Origin: Aphanothece sp. CMT-3BRIN-NPC111
GTDB taxonomy: Bacteria > Cyanobacteriota > Cyanobacteriia > Cyanobacteriales > JAHHGU01
DNA length: 64,000 nt
Direction of reading: 5' to 3'
Assembly (NCBI GenBank): GCA_019359765.1
Contig: JAHHGU010000015.1
Coordinates: 26,914-90,913 of the forward strand
Shown one piece after another: positions 27,690 to 36,970 of the stretch. The notes below the pieces were generated by a model, which was not told the origin of the DNA, did not search any database, and saw only the letters and a list, made by a program, of their open reading frames with translations. The translations under genes were made by a program, and so were the position numbers. Position 1 is the stretch's first letter; each line of letters begins with the position of its first letter.

Positions 27690-28835
27690 CTAACTTTTAC
27701 GAATTATATTTTGGAGATTAAACCAATAATTGTCCCAGAGAAACTGCTGTCGAATAATATCTTTGGCTTGCTCTATAAGCACTCTATATTCATTATTAGA
27801 TAGAGAACGGACAAGGTTCATTTTTTCGTAAAGAGACTTAGGATTTCTTTCTTGATATACTAAATGCTCAATCTTTAACACGCTCATAACTTCTTTCAAA
27901 GCAGGCAAGCTAGAAGTTATTGGTAGAGTATTATTGAGTATAGCCTCAATAACTACTAATCCTAAAAGCTCACTATGGGGAAATACTCTATTTTGATAAG
28001 TAACAGAAGATGAATTAACAAGCAAAGCAATAGAACTGGCTACTATACGGTCTTTTTCGCTTGAGACAACTTCTCCAACTATATGTACATTTTTACCTCG
28101 AGATTTGGTTTCTAAAAACTTTTTATAAGCAGGGTTTTCAGAGTCAGGTCCAATAATTACCAAGTGATCCGTTTTCGGCAAGGCATCAATAGCAACTTCA
28201 AAAGCTTTGTGAGGTAAAAGCCGACCTACACATACAAACTTATTTTTATCGGTAATGGATATATCTGATGATATTTCTAAATTTTTTTTCCAAGCGCCAG
28301 CATAGAGGTGATTCACAGATTTAGTGTACTGTTGGGTTCTCTTAGCAGAGTATTTAGATACCTCTATAAAATAGTGATTAGGAAGCCTGCTGTACCTAAT
28401 CCAAAAATCTTCTGCATACTCTTCAAATCCATGATTTGTCAGATAAATAATTTGCTGATTGTGAGTTGCTAGTAGCAAATCATATACAGAAGCAGTTGCT
28501 AAGTACTGATGTATCCATAAATACTCATATGCAGGTACGCTTTCTAAAATTTCTCTAAATGTTTCTTGGGTAGTATAAGATACACTACCAGCATTAAATA
28601 CTTGTTTTGTGAACCATTTATGGAAACGTCGTTCTGAACTATCTCCTATAAAACTTCTGTCAGAGGGCGCTACAAGCTCGCACCCTATATTTGCCATAGA
28701 TATAGACTTAGCGCAGTTTAAAGTATAATTTTCACCTCCGCCGGTAGCTGATATTGGATATAAGCTTATAAGTAAAATACTTTTTAATTTATTGGGCATT
28801 CCATCGTGATCAAATAGGCAATTTGTATATGTCAT
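27690..28835 (-). CDS. Glycosyltransferase (GT-B fold, divergent; AT-rich)
   Basis: Motifs ILLISLYPISATGGGENY and FVCVGRLLPHKAFE...ELLGLVVIEAILNNTLPITSS. The likely start is the Met at 28799, which removes the overlap with the upstream gene. Confidence 0.6.
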   Translation of the reverse strand: MTYTNCLFDHDGMPNKLKSILLISLYPISATGGGENYTLNCAKSISMANIGCELVAPSDRSFIGDSSERRFHKWFTKQVFNAGSVSYTTQETFREILESVPAYEYLWIHQYLATASVYDLLLATHNQQIIYLTNHGFEEYAEDFWIRYSRLPNHYFIEVSKYSAKRTQQYTKSVNHLYAGAWKKNLEISSDISITDKNKFVCVGRLLPHKAFEVAIDALPKTDHLVIIGPDSENPAYKKFLETKSRGKNVHIVGEVVSSEKDRIVASSIALLVNSSSVTYQNRVFPHSELLGLVVIEAILNNTLPITSSLPALKEVMSVLKIEHLVYQERNPKSLYEKMNLVRSLSNNEYRVLIEQAKDIIRQQFLWDNYWFNLQNIIRKS

Positions 28836-29577
28836 TCAAATTATTATTAATAGAGTTGAGATAATAATCTACTGCTTCATTGGTTTTTCCAATAAACATT
28901 ATTTTCCCCTTATTTAGCCACACTGCTTGTTGACAAGCCTCTTGAATAAACTTTAAATCATGGGACACTACTAAAACTGTTGCATTACCATCCCAAAACT
29001 TTTTAATTCGCTGCTTGCTCTTATTCTTGAAACTTTCATCACCCACAGATAGTACCTCATCTAAAATTAGAATATCAGGCTGCACATCCGTAGCAATAGC
29101 AAACCCTAAACGAGACACCATGCCTGAAGAAAGGCCCTTGACAGGAACCAGCGCGTGGTCTTCTAGTTCAGCAAATTGCAAAATTGACGAGGCTCTTTCT
29201 CGCATTTCTGTCCTAGAGAATCCTAGCAATACGCCATATAGCATAATATTATCCATCACCGAAAGCTCGGAATCAAACCCGGCTCCTAGTTCAATTAGCG
29301 GTGCAATCTTGCCTCGTACGCGTACCGAACCACTACTAGGTTGCAAAATGCCACAAATTACTTTTAATAAAGTTGATTTACCTGAGCCATTTGCACCAAT
29401 AATCCCCAGTTTATCACCAGCTTTTACAACCAGATCAATTTGCTCCAGGACTAATTTTTGGGTAGGCTTGCGATATTTGCCCTCCAATAAAGATAATATA
29501 GTTCTCTTCAAGTCATAAGAAAACTCTTCTTGTGTCCGTCGCCACAGGTAAACCTGATCTAATCGGATAATTTCCAT
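28810..29577 (-). CDS. Polysaccharide/O-antigen ABC exporter, ATP-binding subunit (Wzt/TagH-like, short form)
   Basis: Walker A GANGSGKSTLL; signature LSSGMVSRLGFA; Walker B ILILDEVLSVGD; H-loop VVSHD. 255 aa with no C-terminal glycan-binding domain. Confidence 0.88.
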   Translation of the reverse strand: MEIIRLDQVYLWRRTQEEFSYDLKRTILSLLEGKYRKPTQKLVLEQIDLVVKAGDKLGIIGANGSGKSTLLKVICGILQPSSGSVRVRGKIAPLIELGAGFDSELSVMDNIMLYGVLLGFSRTEMRERASSILQFAELEDHALVPVKGLSSGMVSRLGFAIATDVQPDILILDEVLSVGDESFKNKSKQRIKKFWDGNATVLVVSHDLKFIQEACQQAVWLNKGKIMFIGKTNEAVDYYLNSINNNLNDIYKLPI

Positions 29578-30429
29578 TTACAGCAAATCCATAAACTGAG
29601 ATCGCCGCGAACTAAAAAACACCCATCCCAACGCCATAATTAGCAAGCCGCTAAGCAACGCCCCCCAAATCAAGCTTAAATCTGGTAAGGCTCCTGATAA
29701 CGCTATCTGCCTAATACTTTCAATAATTGGTGATAAGGGATTCAGTGCTAAAAAAGGTTTGATTTGTGCTGGCACAATAGCTGCTGGATAAAATACTGGA
29801 CTTGTCACCCATAACAAAAATACCACTAATTCATAGAAATAAGGTAAATCTCTAAAAAATACATATAAGGCACTTACAATAAATCCAATACCTGTACTAA
29901 CCAAAATCAATGCTAATAATGGCAATAACAACGCTAGTACATTCAGTACACTCTTGGAAATTACTAGCGTCATTATCACGAGTAAAGGCAACACGCCTAC
30001 CGCTAACTGAAATACATTCGACGCCACCATTGATGCGGGAAAAATACTTACAGGTAAACTAATTTTATTCAAAATTGACCCATTCCCCACTACACTTGCC
30101 AGAGCCTGAGATGTAGACGCAGAAAAAAAGTTGACTACTACCAGTGCTGTAAATGCTGCCAATATATAGTTGACTATAGAGTTGTTGTAGTATGAGGCAA
30201 ATGCTGCACCAAAAATGGCAGTATATAAACCGGTCATAATTAACGGATTTAGCAGGGACCAATAAACGCCCAGAAACGATCCTCTATAGCGTACTTTCAA
30301 GTTACGCTCTACCAAAACGTGCAATAACTCCCAATAACGTCGCGCTTGCGACCACCTTAATTTAGCCTTGAGAGAGTTAGCTTTTAGGGCAAGAGTCATG
30401 TTTTGTTCTAAAGGCAAAAGGCAATTCAA
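29578..30429 (-). CDS. ABC-2 type polysaccharide exporter permease (Wzm-like)
   Basis: 283 aa with six predicted TM helices. Motif NLKVRYRGSFLGVYWSLLNPL is typical of ABC-2 permeases. Its stop abuts the ATPase start. Confidence 0.85.
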   Translation of the reverse strand: MNCLLPLEQNMTLALKANSLKAKLRWSQARRYWELLHVLVERNLKVRYRGSFLGVYWSLLNPLIMTGLYTAIFGAAFASYYNNSIVNYILAAFTALVVVNFFSASTSQALASVVGNGSILNKISLPVSIFPASMVASNVFQLAVGVLPLLVIMTLVISKSVLNVLALLLPLLALILVSTGIGFIVSALYVFFRDLPYFYELVVFLLWVTSPVFYPAAIVPAQIKPFLALNPLSPIIESIRQIALSGALPDLSLIWGALLSGLLIMALGWVFFSSRRSQFMDLL

Positions 30430-30657
30430 TTTGGTATTCTACAGTATTTATAGCAGCATTGACTAGTTGGGTGGTAAGCTCATCTCCCTGTTGAGGGTGG
30501 GGGAGTTTCGCGTTAGTGATTAGTTGTATTTTTTACTAACCACTTGACAGGTGCTCTCCTTTCACCAGCTATGCGACCGAAAAATCGTTAACTTCATTGT
30601 ATGGTTGCGGATTCAGTTACACTGTGGAATGGTTCATTACATTAAGTTTAAGTGGGA

Positions 30658-30855
30658 ATGGAAATCGGTCAAAAAGTTAAAGTCTACCGCCTTAGAGATC
30701 GCGTCTCTCCTGTGCTCGTCAACAAACTCGGCCAAATCGGCACCATCAAAGACTTCAGAATGACGGATGGCAGTGGTGTTGGCGTTGTGGTGCAGTTTGA
30801 TGACAAATCTACCACCTGGTTTTTTGAAGACGAACTGAAATCCGTCGAGAACTAA
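30658..30855 (+). CDS. petP: DUF2862 / PetP-like small SH3-fold protein (cytochrome b6f-associated)
   Basis: MEIGQKVKVYRLRDRVSPVLVNKLGQIGTIKDF...GVGVVVQFDDKSTTWFFEDEL resembles cyanobacterial PetP as I recall it. The track ORF starts at a GTG two codons upstream. Confidence 0.55.
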   Translation: MEIGQKVKVYRLRDRVSPVLVNKLGQIGTIKDFRMTDGSGVGVVVQFDDKSTTWFFEDELKSVEN

Positions 30856-30856
30856 A

Positions 30857-31954
30857 ATGTCCCTAATCCTCACCTTTTTGGGCAAAGGCGGCACTGGCCG
30901 TACCACAATCGCGATCGCAGCTGCCAAACAGCTGGCTAGCCAAGGTCAGCGGGTGCTGCTAGCAGGGCAAGATCCTGGTCCCGCCTTGGGACTGATGCTG
31001 GAAACCTCCACAGGGCCAGAACCCCAGGAACTCGCCCCCAACCTCCAGGTAGTGCAGTTCCAGACAACGGTGCTACTAGAGCGCAGCTGGGAAGAAGTTA
31101 AAAAGCTGGAAGCCCAATACCTCCGGACTCCCCTGCTGGCAAACGTTTACGGTCAAGAACTGGGTGTCTTGCCAGGGATGGACAGCGCCTTGGCTATGAA
31201 CGCTCTTCGGGAGTACGACGCCAGTGGCAAGTATGACGTCATCATCTACGACGGCCCTGGAGACCAAACCACGCTACGGATGCTGGGCTTGCCAGAAGTT
31301 CTCAGCTGGTACATACGCAGGTTCCGAAAAGTGGTGGAAGATTCCGACGTCTGGAAATCTGTATCCCCCTTTATTCAACCCGTCACCAGTACTGTACTCA
31401 ACGTTAGCTGGACGGGGGATAACTTTGCCCAACAACCTACTAAGGAAGTCAATAATTTACTTGACCAGGGCAGAGCCGCTGTGGCTGACCCCAATCGCGT
31501 TGCTGCCTACCTAGTGACCATCGGTGACGCAGCCGCGATCGCCACCACTAAGTACCTCTGGGGTAGCGCCCAACAAGTGGGATTGACTGTAGGAGGCATC
31601 CTGCTCAATCAAGCACCTGCTACCGAAGCCTTTGCTGCTGAATTTGCTCCCCTTCCCGTCAGCACTATCCCGACTCGCCCAGATGGCGACTGGCAACCTT
31701 TGATGGACGCCCTCCCAGACTTTCGTCAGGCATCCCAGGCACCCCGACCCATCACCGTTGACACCCCCGCCCGTCAGGTGCGCTTATTTTTACCCGGTTT
31801 TGACAAAAAACAGGTAAAGCTCACCCAATCCGGTCCGGAAGTGACCATCGAAGCAGGCGATCAACGGCGCAACATCTTGCTGCCGCCCCAACTGAGCGGT
31901 CAAGCAGTCAAAGGTGCAAAGTTCCAAAATAGTTACTTGACCATTTCCTTCTAA
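30857..31954 (+). CDS. ArsA/Get3-family P-loop ATPase with a C-terminal HSP20-like domain
   Basis: Deviant Walker A FLGKGGTGRTTIAIAAA. Switch region YDVIIYDGPGD. C-terminal RLFLPGFDKKQVKLTQSGPEVTIEAGDQRRNILLP. The start is 1 nt after the petP-like stop. Confidence 0.8.
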   Translation: MSLILTFLGKGGTGRTTIAIAAAKQLASQGQRVLLAGQDPGPALGLMLETSTGPEPQELAPNLQVVQFQTTVLLERSWEEVKKLEAQYLRTPLLANVYGQELGVLPGMDSALAMNALREYDASGKYDVIIYDGPGDQTTLRMLGLPEVLSWYIRRFRKVVEDSDVWKSVSPFIQPVTSTVLNVSWTGDNFAQQPTKEVNNLLDQGRAAVADPNRVAAYLVTIGDAAAIATTKYLWGSAQQVGLTVGGILLNQAPATEAFAAEFAPLPVSTIPTRPDGDWQPLMDALPDFRQASQAPRPITVDTPARQVRLFLPGFDKKQVKLTQSGPEVTIEAGDQRRNILLPPQLSGQAVKGAKFQNSYLTISF

Positions 31955-32011
31955 ACGTAAACCTTTAAGACTGGTAATGGGAAATCGATAATAGACCTCT
32001 CCAACAAAGAA

Positions 32012-32041
32012 TGTAGAGACGCGAAATTTCGCGTCTCTACA
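32012..32041. terminator. Perfect 15-bp palindrome hairpin downstream of the ArsA-like gene
   Basis: tgtagagacgcgaaa tttcgcgtctctaca. No U-tract, so it may be a dispersed-repeat hairpin rather than a classical terminator. Confidence 0.45.
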
Positions 32042-32103
32042 ATGGTTCAAGGGTTAGCACCTTTAATTTTTGGAGATGTCTAATTAGTAAAGAAAGTATG
32101 AAT

Positions 32104-32164
32104 GTTGAGTTTTGGTGAAGAAGTTCTTAATTCAAAACTCAAAACTTAAAACTCAAAACTTTTT
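32104..32164. repeat. AAAACTC-family heptamer repeats upstream of chlG
   Basis: gttgagttttggtgaagaagttcttaattcaaaactcaaaacttaaaactcaaaactttt. These repeats are what the track ORF translates upstream of the true chlG start. Confidence 0.85.
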
Positions 32165-32189
32165 GCTCACCAATCACCAATTACCAAAT

Positions 32190-33182
32190 ATGTCCGAAGC
32201 ACCGCCCTCTCCCACATCCCCTGATCCTGTTGACCGTGCAGCCCAAACCCGGCAGATGTTGGGTATGAAAGGAGCATCTGCCGGAGAAAAATCCATTTGG
32301 AAAATCCGCTTGCAGCTGATGAAGCCGATCACCTGGATTCCCCTGATCTGGGGGGTGGTGTGCGGTGCGGCTTCTTCCGGTGAATATAGTTGGACGCTGG
32401 AAAATGTCTTGAAAGCAGCTACGTGTATGTTGCTGTCTGGCCCTTTGCTAACTGGTTATACCCAAACCCTGAACGACTTATACGATCGCGAAATTGACGC
32501 GATTAATGAACCCTATCGTCCGATTCCTTCGGGTGCAATTTCAGTTCCCCAAGTAGTAACCCAAGTCTTGGTACTGTTACTCACTGGGGTGGGATTGGCC
32601 TACGGCTTAGATCGCTGGGCGGGTCATGAGTTTCCCATGATTACTGCCCTGACATTGGGAGGCACATTCATCGCCTACATTTACTCCGCCCCACCCTTAA
32701 AACTCAAGCAAAACGGCTGGTTGGGCAACTATGCCCTCGGTGCCAGTTATATTGCTCTACCTTGGTGGGCGGGTCATGCTTTGTTTGGTGACCTCAACTG
32801 GACAATTGTAATTCTGACGCTGTTTTACAGTTTGGCAGGGTTGGGAATTGCAGTGGTAAATGACTTCAAGAGCGTGGAGGGCGATCGCCAGCTGGGTCTA
32901 AAGTCGCTACCTGTAATGTTTGGAGTTAGCACAGCTGCCTGGATTTGTGTCTTAATGATCGATATTTTTCAAGCTGGAATTGCGGTCTATCTGATTAGCA
33001 TTCACCAGAATCTCTACGCGGCCATTCTGCTGTTATTCCTCATCCCCCAAATTACCTTCCAGGATATGTACTTTCTCCGCAACCCCCTGGAAAATGACGT
33101 TAAATATCAAGCCAGCGCCCAGCCCTTCCTGGTACTAGGAATGCTTGTAGCAGGTTTAGCGTTGGGTCATGCAGGCATATAA
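32190..33182 (+). CDS. chlG: Chlorophyll a synthase
   Basis: UbiA-type motifs NDLYDREIDAINEPYRPIPSG and VNDFKSVEGDRQLGLKSLPV. The start is taken at MSEAPPSP (32190), because the track start at 32112 lies inside heptamer repeats. Confidence 0.92.
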   Translation: MSEAPPSPTSPDPVDRAAQTRQMLGMKGASAGEKSIWKIRLQLMKPITWIPLIWGVVCGAASSGEYSWTLENVLKAATCMLLSGPLLTGYTQTLNDLYDREIDAINEPYRPIPSGAISVPQVVTQVLVLLLTGVGLAYGLDRWAGHEFPMITALTLGGTFIAYIYSAPPLKLKQNGWLGNYALGASYIALPWWAGHALFGDLNWTIVILTLFYSLAGLGIAVVNDFKSVEGDRQLGLKSLPVMFGVSTAAWICVLMIDIFQAGIAVYLISIHQNLYAAILLLFLIPQITFQDMYFLRNPLENDVKYQASAQPFLVLGMLVAGLALGHAGI

Positions 33183-33316
33183 CTCTCGGCGTGGACTCAT
33201 CCTGGAAAATATCATAATTAGCATAAAACCTTTTGCCGGAGCCTGTTGGAGCCTCTGCTTTTAGCTGCTACTAATATCGCAGAGGAACTCCAATAGCTCT
33301 ACAGGCAGTAGCCTAT

Positions 33317-34840
33317 TTACGCATAGTGCTGGACAGCTATAACTAGCTGGTTTGCCCAGTAAGCTGTGAGTTTGGGGCACTCGGCTTCCACCATGACGCG
33401 GATCAAGGGTTCTGTGCCAGAGGCTCTTACTAAAATACGTCCTTGGTCTCCCATTGCCGCTTCTGCTTGGGCGATCGCACTTACAATCCCATCGCAGTTT
33501 TTCCAGTTGAGCCTAGTCTCGCGGTCTTCCACCCGGACATTCTTGAGTAGCTGCGGGTAAGTCTGGAAGCTTTGATCTACCATATCTGCCAGAGATACAC
33601 CTGACTGACTCACTAGCGCTGCCACATGTAAAGCCGTCAGCAAGCCATCGCCAGTAACGCTGTAGTGAGGGCAGAGAATGTGTCCCGACTGCTCGCCGCC
33701 CAGCATTGCCCCAGTGCGCGTCATTTCCGCCTGCACATACTGATCGCCAACTGCTGTCCTGACCATCTGACCGCCCAGTTGTTTCCATGCCCGCTCAAAG
33801 CCTAAATTAGCCATCACCGTGGCAATAATCAAATCTCCAGGCAGCTTACCTTGCTGCCACAATTTCTGGCCCCAAAAATAAAGTATATAGTCGCCATCAA
33901 CAACGCGCCCTTGAGCGTCCACAGCCATTACCCTGTCGGCATCTCCATCAAAGGCAAAGCCCAAATCAGCTGAGTGCTCCTTCACGGCATCTTGCAGACA
34001 ACCGAGATAAGTCGAGCCACAATTGACATTAATGCGATCGCCATCCGGTCGATCGTGCAAGCCGATTACCTCAGCCCCCATGGCGGCAAAAACTGTTGGC
34101 GCAAGCCCCACGGATGCGCCCCATGCCAAATCCAGAACAATTCGCAGCCCCTGCAAATCAATCTCCGGTTGTAGCGGACGCCGCAGCGACTCAACATAAT
34201 CCGCGACCAACTCCGGTCTATGGTAGTGCTTACCCCACCCAGTGAAGCAGGTGATGCCGTTGCCACCTCTTAAGGCGGCTTCAATCTGCTCTTGCAACGA
34301 CGCTGGCAACTTCATCCCATCAGCGCCAAAAAACTTAATACCGTTATCTTCTGGCGGGTTGTGGCTGGCGGAAATCATCACGCCCCCCACTGCGTCTGTG
34401 ATGCTTGTCAGATAAGCAACACAAGGAGTCGGGCATAACCCCAAGTTCCACACTTCTAGCCCCGCAGAAGTTAAACCAGCGGCTAAGGCGCTAGCTAACA
34501 TATCGCTGGAGTTTCTTGAGTCTTGCCCCACAATCACAGGCCCAGCGACTGGTGCCAAACTCCGCAATACTTGACCCGCAAAGAAACCGACTTGCAGCGC
34601 TAGGGGGGCACACAGCAGATCCCCTACTCGTCCACGAATGCCATCTGTACCAAACAGGCGACTCGCTGGCAAATTAATTGGGTTCCAAGCAGCACTGACT
34701 TGGTGATGTTTTGCCGTTGGTGCCGATTCGATCAAAGTTAAGGGTGATTCTGAAACAATAGAAGGCTGATGCCGGATTGAGGATGTGACCATAAATAACA
34801 AATACTCCACACACAACACACATACAGTGGAGAATAGCAC
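33317..34840 (-). CDS. glmM: Phosphoglucosamine mutase
   Basis: Motifs [16 protein letters not shown] (active-site Ser), [15 protein letters not shown] and [12 protein letters not shown]. The true start may be the internal Met (MVTSS..., 34792). Confidence 0.92.
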   Translation of the reverse strand: MLFSTVCVLCVEYLLFMVTSSIRHQPSIVSESPLTLIESAPTAKHHQVSAAWNPINLPASRLFGTDGIRGRVGDLLCAPLALQVGFFAGQVLRSLAPVAGPVIVGQDSRNSSDMLASALAAGLTSAGLEVWNLGLCPTPCVAYLTSITDAVGGVMISASHNPPEDNGIKFFGADGMKLPASLQEQIEAALRGGNGITCFTGWGKHYHRPELVADYVESLRRPLQPEIDLQGLRIVLDLAWGASVGLAPTVFAAMGAEVIGLHDRPDGDRINVNCGSTYLGCLQDAVKEHSADLGFAFDGDADRVMAVDAQGRVVDGDYILYFWGQKLWQQGKLPGDLIIATVMANLGFERAWKQLGGQMVRTAVGDQYVQAEMTRTGAMLGGEQSGHILCPHYSVTGDGLLTALHVAALVSQSGVSLADMVDQSFQTYPQLLKNVRVEDRETRLNWKNCDGIVSAIAQAEAAMGDQGRILVRASGTEPLIRVMVEAECPKLTAYWANQLVIAVQHYA

Positions 34841-34878
34841 CTTCAGTAATGACCCTAACCTCTCTAAGGTTATGCCTT

Positions 34879-36852
34879 TTAGGTGCTTACAACAGAGGTG
34901 GTTAATGGTGCTGGGGAACTTGTCGGTGGGATCGGGAATGCGATCGCAAACTCTGTTCCCTGCCCAGGTTGCGAGTGAACCTCGATAAACCCTTTGTGCT
35001 TTTCAATAATTTGGTAGGAAATAGCCAGCCCTAAGCCAGTACCTTGACCAACTGGCTTGGTCGTGAAAAAAGGGTCAAACAACTTGCTTTGGATCTCTAG
35101 GGGAATGCCAGGACCGTTATCTCGAATTCGTACCTTAACTTGGTTATCATCAACTACTTCCGTCTGAATCACAATTTTTTTGCTGGATTGAGATGGAAGC
35201 TCTAGCAGGGCATCAGCCGCATTGCTGAGGATATTCATGAATACCTGATTGAGCTGCGCTGGGTAACACTCAATTCGTGGCAAATCCCCATATTGCTTAA
35301 TAACTTCAATCTCGTGTTTGAGACGATAATTGAGAATTAATAGCGTGCTATCAATGCCAGAGTGGATATCGACCGATTTCATCCCGCCTTCGTCTAGACG
35401 AGAGAAATTACGCAACGACAGCACTATCTCACGGATGCGGTCTGCGCCCATCTTCATTGAAGATAAAGTTTTAGGCAGATCTTCCATTAAGAAGTTAAGG
35501 TCGATTGCTTCTATCTTATCTACGATTTCCGTATCGGTTTTGGTAATGGGAGACTGGTAAAAACTGATTAAATCGAGTAAATCCTGAATATAGTTATTAA
35601 CGTGAGCTATATTACCGTAGATAAAGTTAACGGGATTATTAATTTCATGAGCCACACCCGCGACCATTTGACCCAAGCTGGACATTTTTTCTGTTTGAAT
35701 CAGCTGGGCTTGGGTTTGCTGAAGATCTTGTAAAGCTTGACTAAGATCTTGCGATTGGGATGCCAACTCCGCATTCAATTGTTGTAGATGCGTATGAGCT
35801 GACTCTAACTGCTCATTTTTTTGCCAAAGTTCCTCAGTCCGTTCCTCTACGCGCTTTTCTAAAGTCTGACGAGCTATCTCTAGTTCTTGCGTGTATTCTG
35901 CTACTCGCTGGATCAGGTTGTTGAAGGAGATCGCTAACACCCCAATTTCATCTGAGGTTGTGACAGGTGCTTGAAGTTGAAAATTGCTTTCATCTGTCGC
36001 CATTTTTGCTACTTTGGTGACTGCTTCCAAGGGACGCGCGATCGCACCGCTGGTGTAAAGAGCTAAAGCCACCGCGAACAAAACTGACAGCATCATGCTC
36101 AAGCTAACAATTTCCGTTCGTAATGATTTGGCTTTACCGAAAGTCATCTCTGCCTGATTTTGATTATTTTGAGCATCTTTAATCAGCTCTATTAGATTAT
36201 TTAAAAGACCATCAAAATTGAGGGTAGCTTTGGTGGTTGTAAAATTTAGCAGTTTCTCCTGCCTAAATCGCACCTCTGCTAAGTTTAAATCTGGCCCTTG
36301 AGAAGGATCTACTTGATTCAGTAACACTTCCATCTGAGCGGCATAAGTTTCTGTTATCCCTTCTGAGGTTCGCAGAAACTGCTTGAGATTTTGTAACTGG
36401 CTCGTCTCTGCTAAAGAATTAAGTTCAGGTAGTACCTTCTTAATGCTGTCAATATGGGTCAGGAAGTGGTTGTGTTTTTCCTTAAATAAAGTTGGCTGCT
36501 CGATCATCGGCACAAGCTCATGCTGGTGCAATCGCATATGTAGCACATTGCGCTGCAACTCATTGAGCAACTGCTCTTGAGCAATAGCTTGAGCTAGTTG
36601 TTTCTGAGCTTGGTCTTGATAGCGCTCTCCCACTGTCAGACCAGCAGTAGTTCCTAAAATGGCGATCCCAATAGCCAGAGTATACCCGAAGCCAATTTTT
36701 TGCCTGATACTAAGGTGACGCAGCAACTGCTTTACCAAACTGGGTAAAGCTATCTCACCAGCAAATTGACTTTGTAACTCAGGAGCATGTCTGTTATTAG
36801 CGACGGCTTTTCCTTTTGCGGTAAGGCGAGAGTCTTCATTTTTATCTATCAC
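34879..36852 (-). CDS. Sensor histidine kinase (membrane sensor, HAMP, coiled coil, HisKA-like, HATPase); paralog of 8139-10511 without the PAS domain
   Basis: Shares [21 protein letters not shown], the HAMP region, [35 protein letters not shown] and IRDNGPGIP...[10 protein letters not shown] with the other kinase. Confidence 0.9.
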   Translation of the reverse strand: MIDKNEDSRLTAKGKAVANNRHAPELQSQFAGEIALPSLVKQLLRHLSIRQKIGFGYTLAIGIAILGTTAGLTVGERYQDQAQKQLAQAIAQEQLLNELQRNVLHMRLHQHELVPMIEQPTLFKEKHNHFLTHIDSIKKVLPELNSLAETSQLQNLKQFLRTSEGITETYAAQMEVLLNQVDPSQGPDLNLAEVRFRQEKLLNFTTTKATLNFDGLLNNLIELIKDAQNNQNQAEMTFGKAKSLRTEIVSLSMMLSVLFAVALALYTSGAIARPLEAVTKVAKMATDESNFQLQAPVTTSDEIGVLAISFNNLIQRVAEYTQELEIARQTLEKRVEERTEELWQKNEQLESAHTHLQQLNAELASQSQDLSQALQDLQQTQAQLIQTEKMSSLGQMVAGVAHEINNPVNFIYGNIAHVNNYIQDLLDLISFYQSPITKTDTEIVDKIEAIDLNFLMEDLPKTLSSMKMGADRIREIVLSLRNFSRLDEGGMKSVDIHSGIDSTLLILNYRLKHEIEVIKQYGDLPRIECYPAQLNQVFMNILSNAADALLELPSQSSKKIVIQTEVVDDNQVKVRIRDNGPGIPLEIQSKLFDPFFTTKPVGQGTGLGLAISYQIIEKHKGFIEVHSQPGQGTEFAIAFPIPPTSSPAPLTTSVVST

Positions 36853-36970
36853 ACTAGTTGTCCCATACCACTATTCCAAGTAGCAATCGGGGTGATGACA
36901 CTCCCGGTGAACGATTGATTTATTCATGTCTTAAATTGCCACGAATGATTATAGAGTAGGGTTTTTGAGC

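Noticed and set aside
29015-29518. 167-aa plus-strand ORF, plus similar antisense ORFs (586-861, 5142-5450, 6078-6416, 38388-38744, 39035-39538, 45083-45343, 52333-52650 and others)
   Set aside because: They lie entirely inside, and antisense or out of frame to, long ORFs with clear family motifs. They have no motifs of their own and are shadow ORFs.
30637-30927. 96-aa minus-strand ORF overlapping the petP-like gene
   Set aside because: It is antisense to a conserved-looking small gene and to the start of the ArsA-like gene, and it has no recognisable features.
32112-32189. N-terminal 26 codons of the track ORF for chlG
   Set aside because: They translate the heptamer repeat ([17 protein letters not shown]...). 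The conserved ChlG sequence begins after the ATG at 32190.
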